Below the pieces are notes generated by a model. It searched no databases. It worked only from the letters and a program-made list of their open reading frames with translations, and was not told the DNA's origin. A stretch of DNA of 63,575 nt, counting the filler, from Octopus bimaculoides (Eukaryota), in assembly GCF_001194135.2 (NCBI RefSeq). It is 5 parts of 5 records of this genome, joined end to end, with 100 filler letters (N's around TTAATTAATTAA, not from the genome) between each part and the next. Parts side by side here need not be neighbours in the genome. Positions count along the whole stretch, not along the records: positions 1 to 31,689 come from NC_068998.1; 4 more parts are not named here. The stretch is one strand, 5' to 3'. The number at the start of each line of letters is the position of its first letter. The first letter of the stretch is position 1. A program made the position numbers and the translations under genes. Positions 12,592 to 24,790 of the stretch are shown piece after piece.

Positions 12592-13839
12592 TTCGTGTGT
12601 GTGTGCGTATGTGTGTGCGTGTGTGTGTGTACATACATGCGGAAAATATCATTAAAAGTAGTATTAATATCCCCGAAATATATGTTAATACAATCTTTTC
12701 AAGGCTATCCAAAAGTAGTGAAATTCGAATTGAACATCTGAAATTTTACTGATAGACGCTACCAAAAAAAAAACACTCAAATCGAACTCAACCTAAGACA
12801 TTGCTTCATTCAACTAATGCTTACGTCATTGGATAACGAAAATATCTTATAAANNNNNNNNNNNNNNNNNNNNNNNNNNNNNNNNNNNNNNNNNNNNNNN
12901 NNNNNNNNNNNNNNNNNNNNNNNNNNNNNNNNNNNNNNNNNNNNNNNNNNNNNNNNNNNNNNNNNNNNNNNNNNNNNNNNNNNNNNNNNNNNNNNNNNNN
13001 NNNNNNNNNNNNNNNNNNNNNNNNNNNNNNNNNNNNNNNNNNNNNNNNNNNNNNNNNNNNNNNNNNNNNNNNNNNNNNNNNNNNNNNNNNNNNNNNNNNN
13101 NNNNNNNNNNNNNNNNNNNNNNNNNNNNNNNNNNNNNNNNNNNNNNNNNNNNNNNNNNNNNNNNNNNNNNNNNNNNNNNNNNNNNNNNNNNNNNNNNNNN
13201 NNNNNNNNNNNNNNNNNNNNNNNNNNNNNNNNNNNNNNNNNNNNNNNNNNNNNNNNNNNNNNNNNNNNNNNNNNNNNNNNNNNNNNNNNNNNNNNNNNNN
13301 NNNNNNNNNNNNNNNNNNNNNNNNNNNNNNNNNNNNNNNNNNNNNNNNNNNNNNNNNNNNNNNNNNNNNNNNNNNNNNNNNNNNNNNNNNNNNNNNNNNN
13401 NNNNNNNNNNNNNNNNNNNNNNNNNNNNNNNNNNNNNNNNNNNNNNNNNNNNNNNNNNNNNNNNNNNNNNNNNNNNNNNNNNNNNNNNNNNNNNNNNNNN
13501 NNNNNNNNNNNNNNNNNNNNNNNNNNNNNNNNNNNNNNNNNNNNNNNNNNNNNNNNNNNNNNNNNNNNNNNNNNNNNNNNNNNNNNNNNNNNNNNNNNNN
13601 NNNNNNNNNNNNNNNNNNNNNNNNNNNNNNNNNNNNNNNNNNNNNNNNNNNNNNNNNNNNNNNNNAGAAGACTGTAAACAATGAAAGTAGTAATCGACAC
13701 ATCCTCTCCTCCAAAATTGCTGCTCTTGAAATTTGCTGCTCTTGAAATTTGATATTCATTATTTATAAATACTTTCTTTTATTAGTATTACCTTTATCAA
13801 TATTGGATTTTTTCATCCCATAATCTTTATTCTTAAATT

Positions 13840-14235
13840 CATTATTATTATTATTATTATCATTATTATTATTATTATTTATTATTATTATTATATGAAA
13901 ACTCACAGCTTATTTTGCTGGGTATGATGGAAAGTGTCATATATTTGGTCTTTAACGCGTCACTCCCTCTCTTCCATAGCCACCGGTCTTTTCTATCTGT
14001 CTTCGCATTCACATCTGTTGCTAACTAACCGTACATTTTTGTTCCTTTCATGCTTTTTTTCTTTGGTCATTTCTTGTTTAAATTTTTCGTTCGTTACACA
14101 GTTTTTAGTTTTGATGACTCCGGCCTTCTTCGTGTGTGTCAACAATGGCTCACAGCAATTTTTATATACAACCCTAAGCTGTTTTCCTCTGCTTAGATAC
14201 AGTCCAGGACACTGATTAAGCCACGATCTGTATGG
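13840..14235 (-). mobile_element. R4/Dong-like LINE piece C, post-RT region plus 3' end and (TAA)n tail
   Basis: RGLISVLDCI*AEENSLGLYIK..AGVIKTKNC, then a 3' UTR ending gctgtgagttttcata followed by (TAA)n at 13840-13893. Confidence 0.65.
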
Positions 14236-15335
14236 CTAAAGTATTGATAGCTTCGTTCCTGTTTCTTGGGTTCAGCTCTGTTTTGGGTATTGCCCTTACC
14301 ATGCGATAACATTCTTTTCTGATCTTTTCCCTCATCATAGAATGTTTGATTCTATCACCTTCAAATACCCATAGGTATTTGTAGCTCTCCGCTGGTTCTA
14401 ACTCCTTTATAACATTCTGTTGATCAAGATTACCGTTGAAAGTTTGTCATTTTCCCTCTGATAAAGGTAGCTTTTTCATATTTATCTAGGTTAAATTTCA
14501 TCCTGGTGTTAATACTGAACTGGTTAACAATTGCTAGTAAGCCCTGTAGTTGTTGGTCATTTTCTGCAAAGAACTTTCACTCATCCATATAAAAACGATG
14601 ATTTATATTTTTTATCAAAAATTTTATAGCCATATTGTACATCATCGAACAATTTCATGAGAAGTATTAAGGCTAGGCAAAAGAGGAGTAAGTGATAGAG
14701 TCATTCTGGAAAATACCACATGAAATTCTCCAGTACTGAAAGATTCATTGCCACTATTCAAAGTCAGTGGTCTGATTTTCCAAGATTTCATACTTACCGA
14801 TAAGAGGTTTCGCAGAGGTGCTATTTTGTAAATTTCCAAACATTTTTCAATCCAGCCGTGGTAGACTATCAAAAGCTTTTTTTATAGTTTATCGTTCGTG
14901 GCTATTGATAAGTTCTTGTGTTGTTTGTAACAATCTTCCAAGATCATCTTATTGATGAGTAGTTGATCTTTACAACCATAGGAGCCACGTTTACATCCTT
15001 TTTACTCATTTGGGAAGTTTCCACTTTCTATTAGATAAACTATAGGTGTATTCAGTCAAGATAGATATTAATATTCTATACATTGTTGTTAAGCTGGTTA
15101 TGGTCAATAGATTTTTTAGTTCGTTTGTTTCTTCATTTTCAGGGAGTAGAAATGTAATACCGTTAACCAGCCAAGATTTAATCGTACAAAGTTGCTGCAA
15201 AACATTGTCGTACAGTTTTGTTAGCAGTTCATGACTCTCTGGCATGGCATTCAACCAGAAGTTAGGAGTTTTATTATCCTTTCCTGGAGACTTCTATTTG
15301 CTTGATTTCCTGAGAGCAGATCTTACATCTTCATT
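14236..15335 (-). mobile_element. R4/Dong-like LINE piece B, RT domain
   Basis: EDVRSALRKSSK*KSPG..FWLNAM, WLVNGITFLLP..NLLTITSLTTMYRIL (WL..G.T.LIPK..NYRPITCL..YK), an MD* remnant, and VRAIPKTELNPRNRNEAINTLAI. Confidence 0.85.
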
Positions 15336-16062
15336 ATTACTATTATATGTTTTACCTTTGCTTTGTATTTGAACAAGTTGACTCCAAGTATCACCCAGAG
15401 ACCTCAAGAGATAACAAGTCAGAAGTTCAAGTTGGCATTATGCCTAGGGTGTCATATTTGGTTTCGCACATAGTATTATTCTAGAGAATGTTTAAGAAAA
15501 CATAAGAAAATTATAAGATTGTTTTAAAATTTGAGATGACATAGACAGTATTTTACGTAGGATATGGATAGTTGCTATGAGCACTATCTTTTGAATTTTT
15601 GCCATTTTGAGATTTCCTGGTATCTGAGCTAGGTTGCAATCAGCCACTTTTGCTATCATTCCTAGGGCACCTATACAACAGGTATTGTTTTAGTCTTGAG
15701 GTTCCACATTTTGCCAATTTTTATTTCAAGATCTTTATACTTACTCAGTTTTTGGTAGGTCTTCGATTGAGACAGTCATATCAATGAGGAGGCATGATTT
15801 TTGTCTGAAGTCTTTCAATATAATGTCTGGCCTATTCGCATTTATCTTTCTGTCAGTTTGAATGGTGAAATTCCAGAGGAGTGAGATGTGATCATTTTCA
15901 GGTACTAGAGGTGGTTTGTGTTCCCACCAGTTTTTATCACGGGGTAGGTCCAGGTTTTTTCAAATTACCCAGTGAATATAATGTGCTGCTCTATCATGCC
16001 AGTTGAGATACTCTATAGGCGAAAAAAGACTGCACATGGAGACATGATCAATGGCATTGTAT
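15336..16062 (-). mobile_element. R4/Dong-like LINE piece A, zinc knuckle, restriction-like endonuclease and 3' UTR with short TAA tail
   Basis: IDHVSMCS..EYLNWHDRAAHYIHW..KNLDLPRDKNWWEHKP..LLWNFTIQTDRKINANRPDIILKD..CLLIDMTV (RLE PD..D motif), then a UTR ending aaaacatataatagtaataat. Confidence 0.88.
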
Positions 16063-16445
16063 ATTAATAAACCATAGAAATAAGTTAGCCTCATCTCGCC
16101 AGTGGAGGCAAATGAGGAGCATACTGTCATGGTCCGGTAGTGTGACGATAACGTAACTCACTTCTGGGCTAGAGGTCATGGTGCAGAGCAAATGTCTAGT
16201 TTGATGTGTCACACGGCATGTTAAATTATACTTCCTCGTCTGGAGATCCCTTCAACTATTTACTATCCCGCATTGTTATACAAGCTCTGTTGCCTTGATT
16301 CGTTTTGTTACCTAACATATTGTTTAAAAACCATGAAGTGAGTCTGATGTGTGCGCAGCTACTATAAAAAATGCCACATACATATAGACATGCACACGTA
16401 CACGCACGCACACACACACACACACGCACGCACACACACACACAC

Positions 16446-16536
<91 letters not shown>

Positions 16537-17044
16537 TGTGTGTCTCTCTCTCTAGGTGTGCGGGTATGTTTGTATAGTTCATTGTTCTGTTATTTGTCAG
16601 GTCAACAAAATATGTTTTCAAATATGTTCGTATACACTCAAATGTGAAATAACATTCGGTGCAGTAATTAGCTCAGAAGAAAAAAATGCCATTTATAGAC
16701 AAAGTGTGAAAATACACATGCGAATTGGGCTATGAATGACGTCATCACACTGTTGGATGAGTAAATTTGCACCGTTATGGTTCATCAGCTATGGACACAA
16801 AATCTGTTCATAACCCACTAAGTACGCGAGTTCTTATATGATCGCAGCAAATGATAAATTTGTTGAAGTGTGCAAAGCTTGTCACATACATGCATACATA
16901 CATGCATACATACACACGCATATATATACAGGTATACATGTATATATATGCACATGGATATATATACATACATGTATACATACATTTATATATACACGCA
17001 CGCACACGTGTGTGTGTGTGAGTGTCTTTTGGTCTATGTTTGTC

Positions 17045-17250
17045 CACCCACCGCCACTTGACAACCAGTATTGGTGTGTATATGTCCTCCGTAACATAGC
17101 GGTGGGGCAAAAGAAACTGATAGAATAAGTAACAAATTTTAAAAAGTTATGTGCTGGGGTCGGTTCATTCAACTAAAAATTCTTCAAGGTGCTGCCCCAG
17201 TATGGCCGTAGTCTAATGACTAAAACAAGTAAAAGATAAAAGATAAGCGA
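17045..17250 (+). mobile_element. SINE 3' half
   Basis: ccgtaacatagcggtggggcaaaagaaactgatagaataag..ggtgctgccccagtatggccgtagtctaatgactaaaacaagtaaaagataaaaga. Confidence 0.8.
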
Positions 17251-17394
17251 TATCTGAATATCAGTGAGGAATTGTAGAATCAATGCGTATTTAGCTTAAT
17301 ATTGGTGACGTTCTCACCCAGGTACACTTTGCTGTTCTGACTTATGAAGTTAACCAAGTTAGTATTAGAAAAGGTGGGGGTCTCAGCATGGCTA

Positions 17395-17525
17395 CAGACA
17401 AATGACTGAGACTTGACAAACGGTGTTGGTGCGTCTACGTCCTCGTAACATAGCGGTACGGCAAAAGAAACTGATAGATTAAGTAATAGGTTTAAAAAAG
17501 TTAAGTGCTGGGGTCGATTCATGTA
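17395..17525 (+). mobile_element. SINE fragment, same family as 17045
   Basis: ttgacaaacggtgttggtgcgtctacgtcctcgtaacatagcggtacggcaaaagaaactgatag..gggtcgattc. Confidence 0.8.
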
Positions 17526-18348
17526 CAAAGATATATTATTCTAATAATCGCCAGTCGTAATTTGATGTTTATTATAATGTTATGCTGATGAATGCATTGT
17601 ATCAAAAAAATTTTTATCGCTTATCTCTAAGTAATTTTTAACTGAACATACCTATCAAGATCCAGTTGTTATTTTCTAGCTCTGGTGCATTCTGTGTAGT
17701 AAAGTCAATTTCTTGTCTCGTTTCCCACTAATACCGGCCTTTTATCAAACTCCAATCTCATACAACTAATCGGACCAACTCTCGATATTTTGATTCCCTT
17801 CTCCCTACTGCAGTGTCTTTCTCTTGTTACCAAAACAGTTCAGGAGATCTTGAAAAGGTCATGGATACATCCCTTTCTCTATTCACTAAACCATAAAGCA
17901 AATCTAGGATTTCATTATCTAATGTGTCCTTTTTAAAGACACTATAGTTGGATTTTAAAACATTTTGATTACTATTTCTTGCAGGTCATTTGACTGCATA
18001 GATAATCCCTCATTATTACATTTCATTGTTGCTGTAACTGTTGTAATGACACCAATAAAGTTTAGTGTTTGCTTCAATGTACGGTTCAATAATCACCAAA
18101 TACACTTTGATTAGATCCATGTAGTTAAGTGTTATAAACTTTTTTATTTGCTTTGATATGGCATTTAGCTTTTTATTAGAAAATGTTTCATTTGAATGAA
18201 TGAGGAATACTAGACGCTTAAATGAAAACTTTTCTGATATTCAAATATTTTAAACTAGGAAAAATAATTTGAATTTAGAGTAGTATGATGGACTTGCGGA
18301 AAATAGTTGCATAAATTGATGACTTTTTTCGACATTTTAGATATTTTA

Positions 18349-19440
18349 TTACTTATATAATTGGAATGCTTTTTGAAATAAGCGCTGTAATTCACTATAA
18401 AATTGTCGATTGAAAGTTCCATAAAGATATGGGTTTACTGCGCATTTGAGGTAAAAAGAATAGATTAAAAGTTTGTAAAGAATTTGTTTTCTATCACTTT
18501 CGGTGTCATTGAAATTATGTTCAAACATCCTCCAAAATATTGCAATGAAATGTAATAAATAACATATAGCCCAGAGCAATGTGGTCGGTAACAAGCTTAC
18601 ATTGATCTTAGATAACTGTACTGAGTGTTTCTTAAGAATCGAAACAGGGTAAAGTTTTGTTTCTGAAACATTGCCTTCGTTTTTATCGTTAAAAGATGGA
18701 ATCTTCGATGGAGTTCCGAAAGATACGCTTGAACGCTGGCGATTACTTCTCATTGAACGCTGAATTTTCTTAATACGAAGTTCAATTAATAAGTAGAATA
18801 TCATGAGAAAAATAAGCAAATAAAGGTAACCGCACAACACTACACAATAATAGACAAAAGGAAATACTGTGTCGTCTAAACTGTCAGGAAATGAACATAC
18901 TTTTCCAATATTTCCACATTGTCTAACCAGTCTATTCTGTGTATTGTACACTTCAAGTACTGGTATATTAAGTATAGCGGAAGAGATTGTTGAAGAAGCT
19001 AGAATTTTTTTTGAAGTCACAACAGAAATATTGTTATATTTAAAGGGTCGACACATGACAATGTATCTTTCGATTCCTAATAAAAATAAAATTATAGATG
19101 AATTAAACATTGCTATGGCAACGAAAAACCGTATTAAGCGGCATGCAAAACTACTGTGAAAAGTGAAAGAGAAACATAGAATGAAAAATTCCATCGGTAT
19201 ACATATTAAGCAAGTTAGAAAATCGCACACAAAAAGTCCTATAATGAACACTTTTGTGGCTGTCTCATCAAATTTACAAAAGTGTATATATGTTAAAAAG
19301 CTGTTTCCTAATAATCCAAGTATCAGAGAAAATAAGAGATATATCATCACAGGGAGATACAAGTCCACAAATTCGGCGTTTAGTTCTTCTAAAATACTAA
19401 CACAGTCGTTACTGTTATTGTTTTTGTCCATCTTCTTCAT
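18349..19440 (-). CDS. Intronless rhodopsin-class (class A) GPCR, 363 aa, peptide-receptor-like orphan
   Basis: Uninterrupted ORF with seven hydrophobic segments. TM1 LGLLGNSFL; TM2 LFVCDFLTCLICIPME; TM3 ACRL..GIERYIVMCRPF (E/DRY); ECL2 Cys; TM7 AVNPYLY (NPxxY); helix 8 NRQFYSEL; N-terminal N-x-S sequon. Confidence 0.95.
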   Translation of the reverse strand: MKKMDKNNNSNDCVSILEELNAEFVDLYLPVMIYLLFSLILGLLGNSFLTYIHFCKFDETATKVFIIGLFVCDFLTCLICIPMEFFILCFSFTFHSSFACRLIRFFVAIAMFNSSIILFLLGIERYIVMCRPFKYNNISVVTSKKILASSTISSAILNIPVLEVYNTQNRLVRQCGNIGKVCSFPDSLDDTVFPFVYYCVVLCGYLYLLIFLMIFYLLIELRIKKIQRSMRSNRQRSSVSFGTPSKIPSFNDKNEGNVSETKLYPVSILKKHSVQLSKINVSLLPTTLLWAICYLLHFIAIFWRMFEHNFNDTESDRKQILYKLLIYSFYLKCAVNPYLYGTFNRQFYSELQRLFQKAFQLYK

Positions 19441-19609
19441 TTTTCCCCACTAACTTTTACGAAATATTTTCTGAAAGTTTGAAGACAGCGTTTGGCTAGC
19501 ATAGATGTTTGTATTTTCTGGAAGAAAGAAAGAAAACAGTGTTCAAATATTTCATGTCAAGAAAATGTTTGAAATATTGGTTTCATATTTTGGTACAATA
19601 CTAGCAATT

Positions 19610-19790
19610 TCATGGGCGGAAATAAGTCGATTATATCGCCTCCAGTGTTCAACTAGTACCTATGATGAAAGGATGAAAGGCAAAGTCGACCCCGAAGGCA
19701 TTTTGACTCAGAACATAAAGTCGGAAGAAATGCCGTTAAGCATTTTCCCCGGTGCAGTAACGATTCAGCCAGCTTGCCACCGTAACAGTT
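19610..19790 (-). mobile_element. tRNA-headed SINE
   Basis: Minus strand ggtggcaagctggctgaatcgtta..ggggtcgactttgcctttcatcc; same family as 21822. Confidence 0.75.
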
Positions 19791-20311
19791 TGAAATATTA
19801 CAGTGTTACTCTAAAATATTACAGTGTTACTCTAAAAGACTAAGTCAGCATAGATTTGTACAAAACAAGAAAAGTTTTTAATGAAAAAAAACTATAATTA
19901 CTTATGAATTTTACAATTAATGTTGATGTAGATAAGCTGTAGATGTTAATCAACGATTAATAGGATATAAAATACAAAGCATACACACTCGGTGAATCTG
20001 TTGTACCTGAGACAACAATCAACAACTAATAAGAAATAGTCCATAAACCATACTTCTGTACATGAGATATGACAAGAAGAAATATGATCGAAAAGCTGAG
20101 AATATTCTAAGTGGATAATAGATGTATAGGTTTGTATTCTGTAATAATATCTTACTGGCCAGGGCACGGTCATCTGGTTAAGAACTTCATTTCGTAACTA
20201 TGAGGTTTCATGGTTTCACCTCTAGCTTCGGGTTGATCCAAAGCTTTTGGGTGAAATTGCTGTTTGGTGAATTCTAACTGTATTTCGAAAGAGCTGTCTT
20301 TATAACACACC

Positions 20312-20393
<82 letters not shown>

Positions 20394-20560
20394 TGAGTTT
20401 GCCTGAGATCTAGGGTAGACTCTTTGATAACTGCTGCTAATAAGGAAATCTTAGATTTGGTTGTTGGAAATAAAATTCTCTCTTTCAAAACTTAAAACGA
20501 TGTTCCCATTGGTCTTTATAACAAGGTTCTTGCGCAATAACGAAGAGAGTTATATATTAT

Positions 20561-21722
20561 ACCTGGTTGAGTCAAAAGGCTTTTCGTACTTCAAGATTTA
20601 ATTAATAATTCAAGCAAGTTACATATGGAAAGTATTTGTTCATCAACATATATCCCATCATATACTATTGTCTGTTTCCATTGTTGTGTCTGAAGATCAT
20701 TCCCATGAATAGATCATTTGGCTGGTTTAGCGGCAAAAAACTCCCTGCACCCGTTTTTAATCTCTTCCATAATATTGAACCTTCATCCATGCAGGATATG
20801 AGCCATGGCGCAGAAAAGGTGGTATTCTGATGGTACAAAGTCTGGACTGTAGGTAAATGATGCAGCGCTTCCAGTTCCAAGTTATTCAAGGTCACATTGG
20901 CTGTGTGTGATGGGCATTGCAATGCTGTATGAATGAGCGTCTTTGATTGACCAATGCAGAGTAGCAGCTTTTAAAACACCATATATTCGCTGCTGTTGTT
21001 GAGTTCACAGCATTTTTGAGTTCATAGCGTATATAGCATGACCATCAAAGACAAGCTCAAAGTGCAACACCCCCTCGAAATTCCACCAAACGCACAACAT
21101 GACCTTCGCTTCAATCCGCCCTACAGGTTCTGAATCCTGACCGGAACGAATCTATTGATTTCTTTCATTAGGAGCATGAAAATTCATTTCCATTTCCAGT
21201 TGCAATTCGACACCAAATACGGGCGTCTCGAGTGTTTGCCTTGCTTGCAAAGTGCTTTATTAAGGGTCAAGTTCTGCTGGTGCTTGTGTTTGGCTGTTGT
21301 TCAGCCATTTCAAGCAAGGCCTCATGTTCCACTACAGAAAGTTTCCCTGACCTTGATTTGTCTTCGAGGCTGGTGTCACTTTCCTTGAAACGTCTGAACC
21401 AGTTAATACCACAGGTTCCTTGACAGTTCCGGGATCTTTCACATCATTAATTTCTTTTGCTACTGCCCCTGCACTTAGTCCTTTTTTTTTTTTCACAAGT
21501 AGCCCAAAATGGCTCTGATTGCAATTTTACACCACCCACCATCAAAGCTGTAAAATAAAGAATAAACAATTATTGCTTATATATTATAAATGGAAATAAA
21601 GAATAAACGATTCAGTAACGATTGAACAATAAGTTGTATCAAATTAATGATTTAACATGGAGATACATGTTGTCAAAAATCATCAGTGAAAATCCGAAAA
21701 AGCTTTTGACTCAACCTTGTTG
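20561..21722 (-). mobile_element. Decayed mariner transposon with both TIRs
   Basis: TIRs ggttgagtcaaaaggcttttcg (from 20565) and cgaaaaagcttttgactcaacc (to 21716). Minus-strand motifs WFRRFKESDTSLEDKSRSG (HTH), KVMLCVWWNFEGVLHFEL and YSPDFVPSEYHLF. Confidence 0.9.
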
Positions 21723-21821
21723 ACATCTGCAGTGAATTTCAACTAAATAGATTTCCTAAATTTAGTCTCTTTTCGTTTTTTTAATCTGTTGTTTTTGCTG
21801 TAGTTGTTGTCATTACTATAA

Positions 21822-22040
21822 AGGTGGCGAGCTGGCATAATGGTTAACACACCGAGCAAAGTGCTTAGTGATATACCGTACGTCTTTACGTTCTGGGTTC
21901 GAATTACGACGAGGTCGACTTTGCCGTTCATCCTTTTGGGGGTCGATGAAATAAGTACCAGTGAAACACTGTCGTCGACGTTATCGATTAGTCCCCTCCC
22001 ACAAAATTTCAGGCCTTGTGCCTATAGTAGAAAGGATTAT
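21822..22040 (+). mobile_element. Near full-length tRNA-derived SINE
   Basis: A-box-like tggcataatgg, B-box-like gggttcgaatt, conserved core ggggtcgatgaaataagtaccag, 3' ccttgtgcctatagtagaaaggattatt. Confidence 0.85.
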
Positions 22041-22044
22041 TTAT

Positions 22045-22330
22045 TTTGTTCTTTCTAGCTCAGGTTTTGTTGGAACTAGCCTATAGTACCATGCTCTCTG
22101 TTATTTTCAACTATCTAATGTTTCCTGATTATTCTGTCCTAGTTAAGAAGGCAAACCTTTTGTAACAGTTCTACTGGGCATTCTATTCTGATTCTCTTTA
22201 TATTCCTCTTGAAGCCTTCTGATACTGTCCCCAAGGGCCCAACGATAATTGACACTAGCTTCACCTTCTTAATGTTTTCATAGCCGGGCTATTTCGTACA
22301 TAAGAGGATTGCATACATCTATTTTTTCAC
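22045..22330 (-). mobile_element. R4-like LINE 3' terminal fragment
   Basis: YEIARL..KVKLVSIIVGPLGTVSEGF..IECPVELLQKVCLL is the RLE C-terminal PIIVGALG..LQK..LLG motif. Confidence 0.7.
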
Positions 22331-22699
22331 CTTTCTTCTGAATTATTCATGGGTCAAAATGGTACGCAACATCGACTATATAGTACATGTGGTGCATCAT
22401 GTACACCACTTCTAGGTTCGGTCTGTTGTGCACTAGCACTTGATCTGTTTGTATTGGGAAACCCCACAGGAGTTTGCAGGTCTCCGACCCCGTTACTCTC
22501 TGTGATTTGTGCTCATATTACGTCTTGTCTCTCTCTAGATCCCACAGTACAATTTTATACAATTTTATACAATTTGTAAAGTAGCACTTTCGCAAGCTCA
22601 TCGTGTCGCCACAACTTCTATTGGTTTTGGGCAAGTCTATAGCATTTGTTTGGGATATGAGTAATGGTTTCGTCCACTTTAGTAGAGTCCAGGACGCAA

Positions 22700-24790
22700 G
22701 ATGGTCTTCAGTGCCTACCTCGGCAGTATGTCACTATTCTCGGAATTTTGCGAAATGCCGATAACAGCCGAGGAAATACGGGATGCGATGACGAGTTGCA
22801 AGTTGCCTGGCTTGCATGGTCTGCGCTATGAGCTTTACTTTTATATGCCAGACTTGTGTGGGGCTTTCTAGCAGATATCTGCTGCAACTGGCAACAGAAC
22901 GGGGGAATTCCCAATTCTGTGAGTCGAGGAGCACTGCTGAGAAAGAACCCAAACAAGGGTAATCAAATAGAAAATTTCAGGGCTATAAAGCTGCTGAACG
23001 GCAGACTTCAAAATTTTAGCCAAGGTGTTAGCAAAGAGGTTGATGCTTATCGTCGAGGGACTGATTGTGATGCGCAAACATGGGCAATCCCAAACAGTTC
23101 CATCAACGGCAACCTCCACATCATAGAGAGCGGGGTAAGGAACTTCATAGGGGTGAGGTCCTGATCAATTTGGATCAACCTAAAGTTTTCAATACTGTTG
23201 ACCACCAATACTTGGTGGCTATTCTCATGCCCTCCGGTTTCGGTCCCGTTTTCTGTGGCTGTGTCGCTGTAATGTACAGTGACTTTTGCTCGGTAGTTCA
23301 GGTGAATGGTTACCTATTGGAACCATATATCATGCGTTTGATTGGTCAAGGATGTCCCCTCTCGCCTTCTCGGTAAGTACTGGATCTTGGGCCATTACTG
23401 CGGAAATTAAAGGCGTTGAGTGGCATTCCGTGAGAACTAGTTCATGGGAGAACCATGTCAGAGTACGCAGACGACGTCACCGTCATAGTGTCGAACGGCA
23501 TGCGCATAGATCTGGCCGACACTGCTCTAAAAGAATACGAGGCGTTAACAGGAGCAAAAATTAACCACGAAAAGTCAGTGGGCCTGTAGCTCGGCACATG
23601 GAGAGGCACGTTCATGCCATCCAAAAACGTTGTGGAACGCCGGATGGCGGGACCGGTTGAATTGCTCGGGATTTGGTTCGGTCCAAATCTCCAGGTGGAG
23701 AAGAACTGAGACGAGGAGAGGAGCAGAGTGGCCAATCGCACCCAGAAATCAGCAGAGAAAAAGCTATCCCTGAAAGGTTGTACAGAGGTCGCGAATGCAT
23801 ACATCGCCTCCGCTATATATAATCGCCTGACCGTCGTACCTCACCCCAGTTTACGTCTGAGCAAACTAGAGCGCGTGCTCTCCCACTTTCTGTAGAAAGG
23901 GCGAGTTCCACTGCTCAGGTGCTCCATTTGTTGTCAACATCCACTAAATGTAGGCCTGGGTATGCTGTGGCTGCTGATGTGCATCTCCAGTGCTTCTTAG
24001 ACGGTGAGCAAGTGTTGTCACAGTTTGTCAGACACGACTTTCCGCAGTTCGTCTCTTTGTCTGAGATGCAATCTTGGCTCANNNNNNNNNNNNNNNNNNN
24101 NNNNNNNNNNNNNNNNNNNNNNNNNNNNNNNNNNNNNNNNNNNNNNNNNACCTAGAGTGTCATCAGGCGCCCACAGTCCTTTGTCAGTCGGGCAATGCGA
24201 TCGGTGGAATTTTCAATCAGACGTTCTATAGAGGGTTAGTGGCAGGAAATGGGACAACGTTCTTAAGGAGACTCTGAACGTTAAGAATGAGTAAGTTGGT
24301 CTGTTCAGGAGGACTTTCGGGCCGGGGCCCGTGGATAACTTCCAGAAATCTTTGGCTGGTAGTGCTACCAATGAGCATTGCTGATTCCGGATGAACTCTA
24401 CAGTCATGGAAGTGCCATCAGTAGGGCTTGCTCGAGGTGCGCGCAGAGCGACGAAACTATTTTGCACGCTCTCGTCCAGTCCCGAGCATTACTGACTCGT
24501 GGGTTTATACTGAACACTTGCTGTCGCGTGTAGGACGGACCTGGCTATCAGTTGAGTCCATCGTGAAGATCTCCCCACCGCCTTCCTTTGACCAGGAAGA
24601 GCAGGCAGTGTTTCGTTGTCTGGTGGGCTTAGCGGACGTGGTTGTGTGGTAGACCATGCTGAAAGGGATGAAGGCAGACACTTTCTTCTTTGGCTAATCC
24701 CTCATCAACCTTTTTAAGTTTCAAGTGAGGGTAGAAAGGGAAGCACTGCCTCCCAGCAATTTTATTAAAGGGTGGGCGAATGTAGGTCAA
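22700..24790 (+). mobile_element. Tx1/L1-clade LINE, decayed RT and CCHC region
   Basis: LRKNPNKGNQIENFRAIKLLN, LINLDQPKVFNTVDHQYL, QGCPLSP, SEYADDVTVIVS (YADD), C-terminal CSRCAQSDETILHAL. GC-richer than the flanks. Confidence 0.9.
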
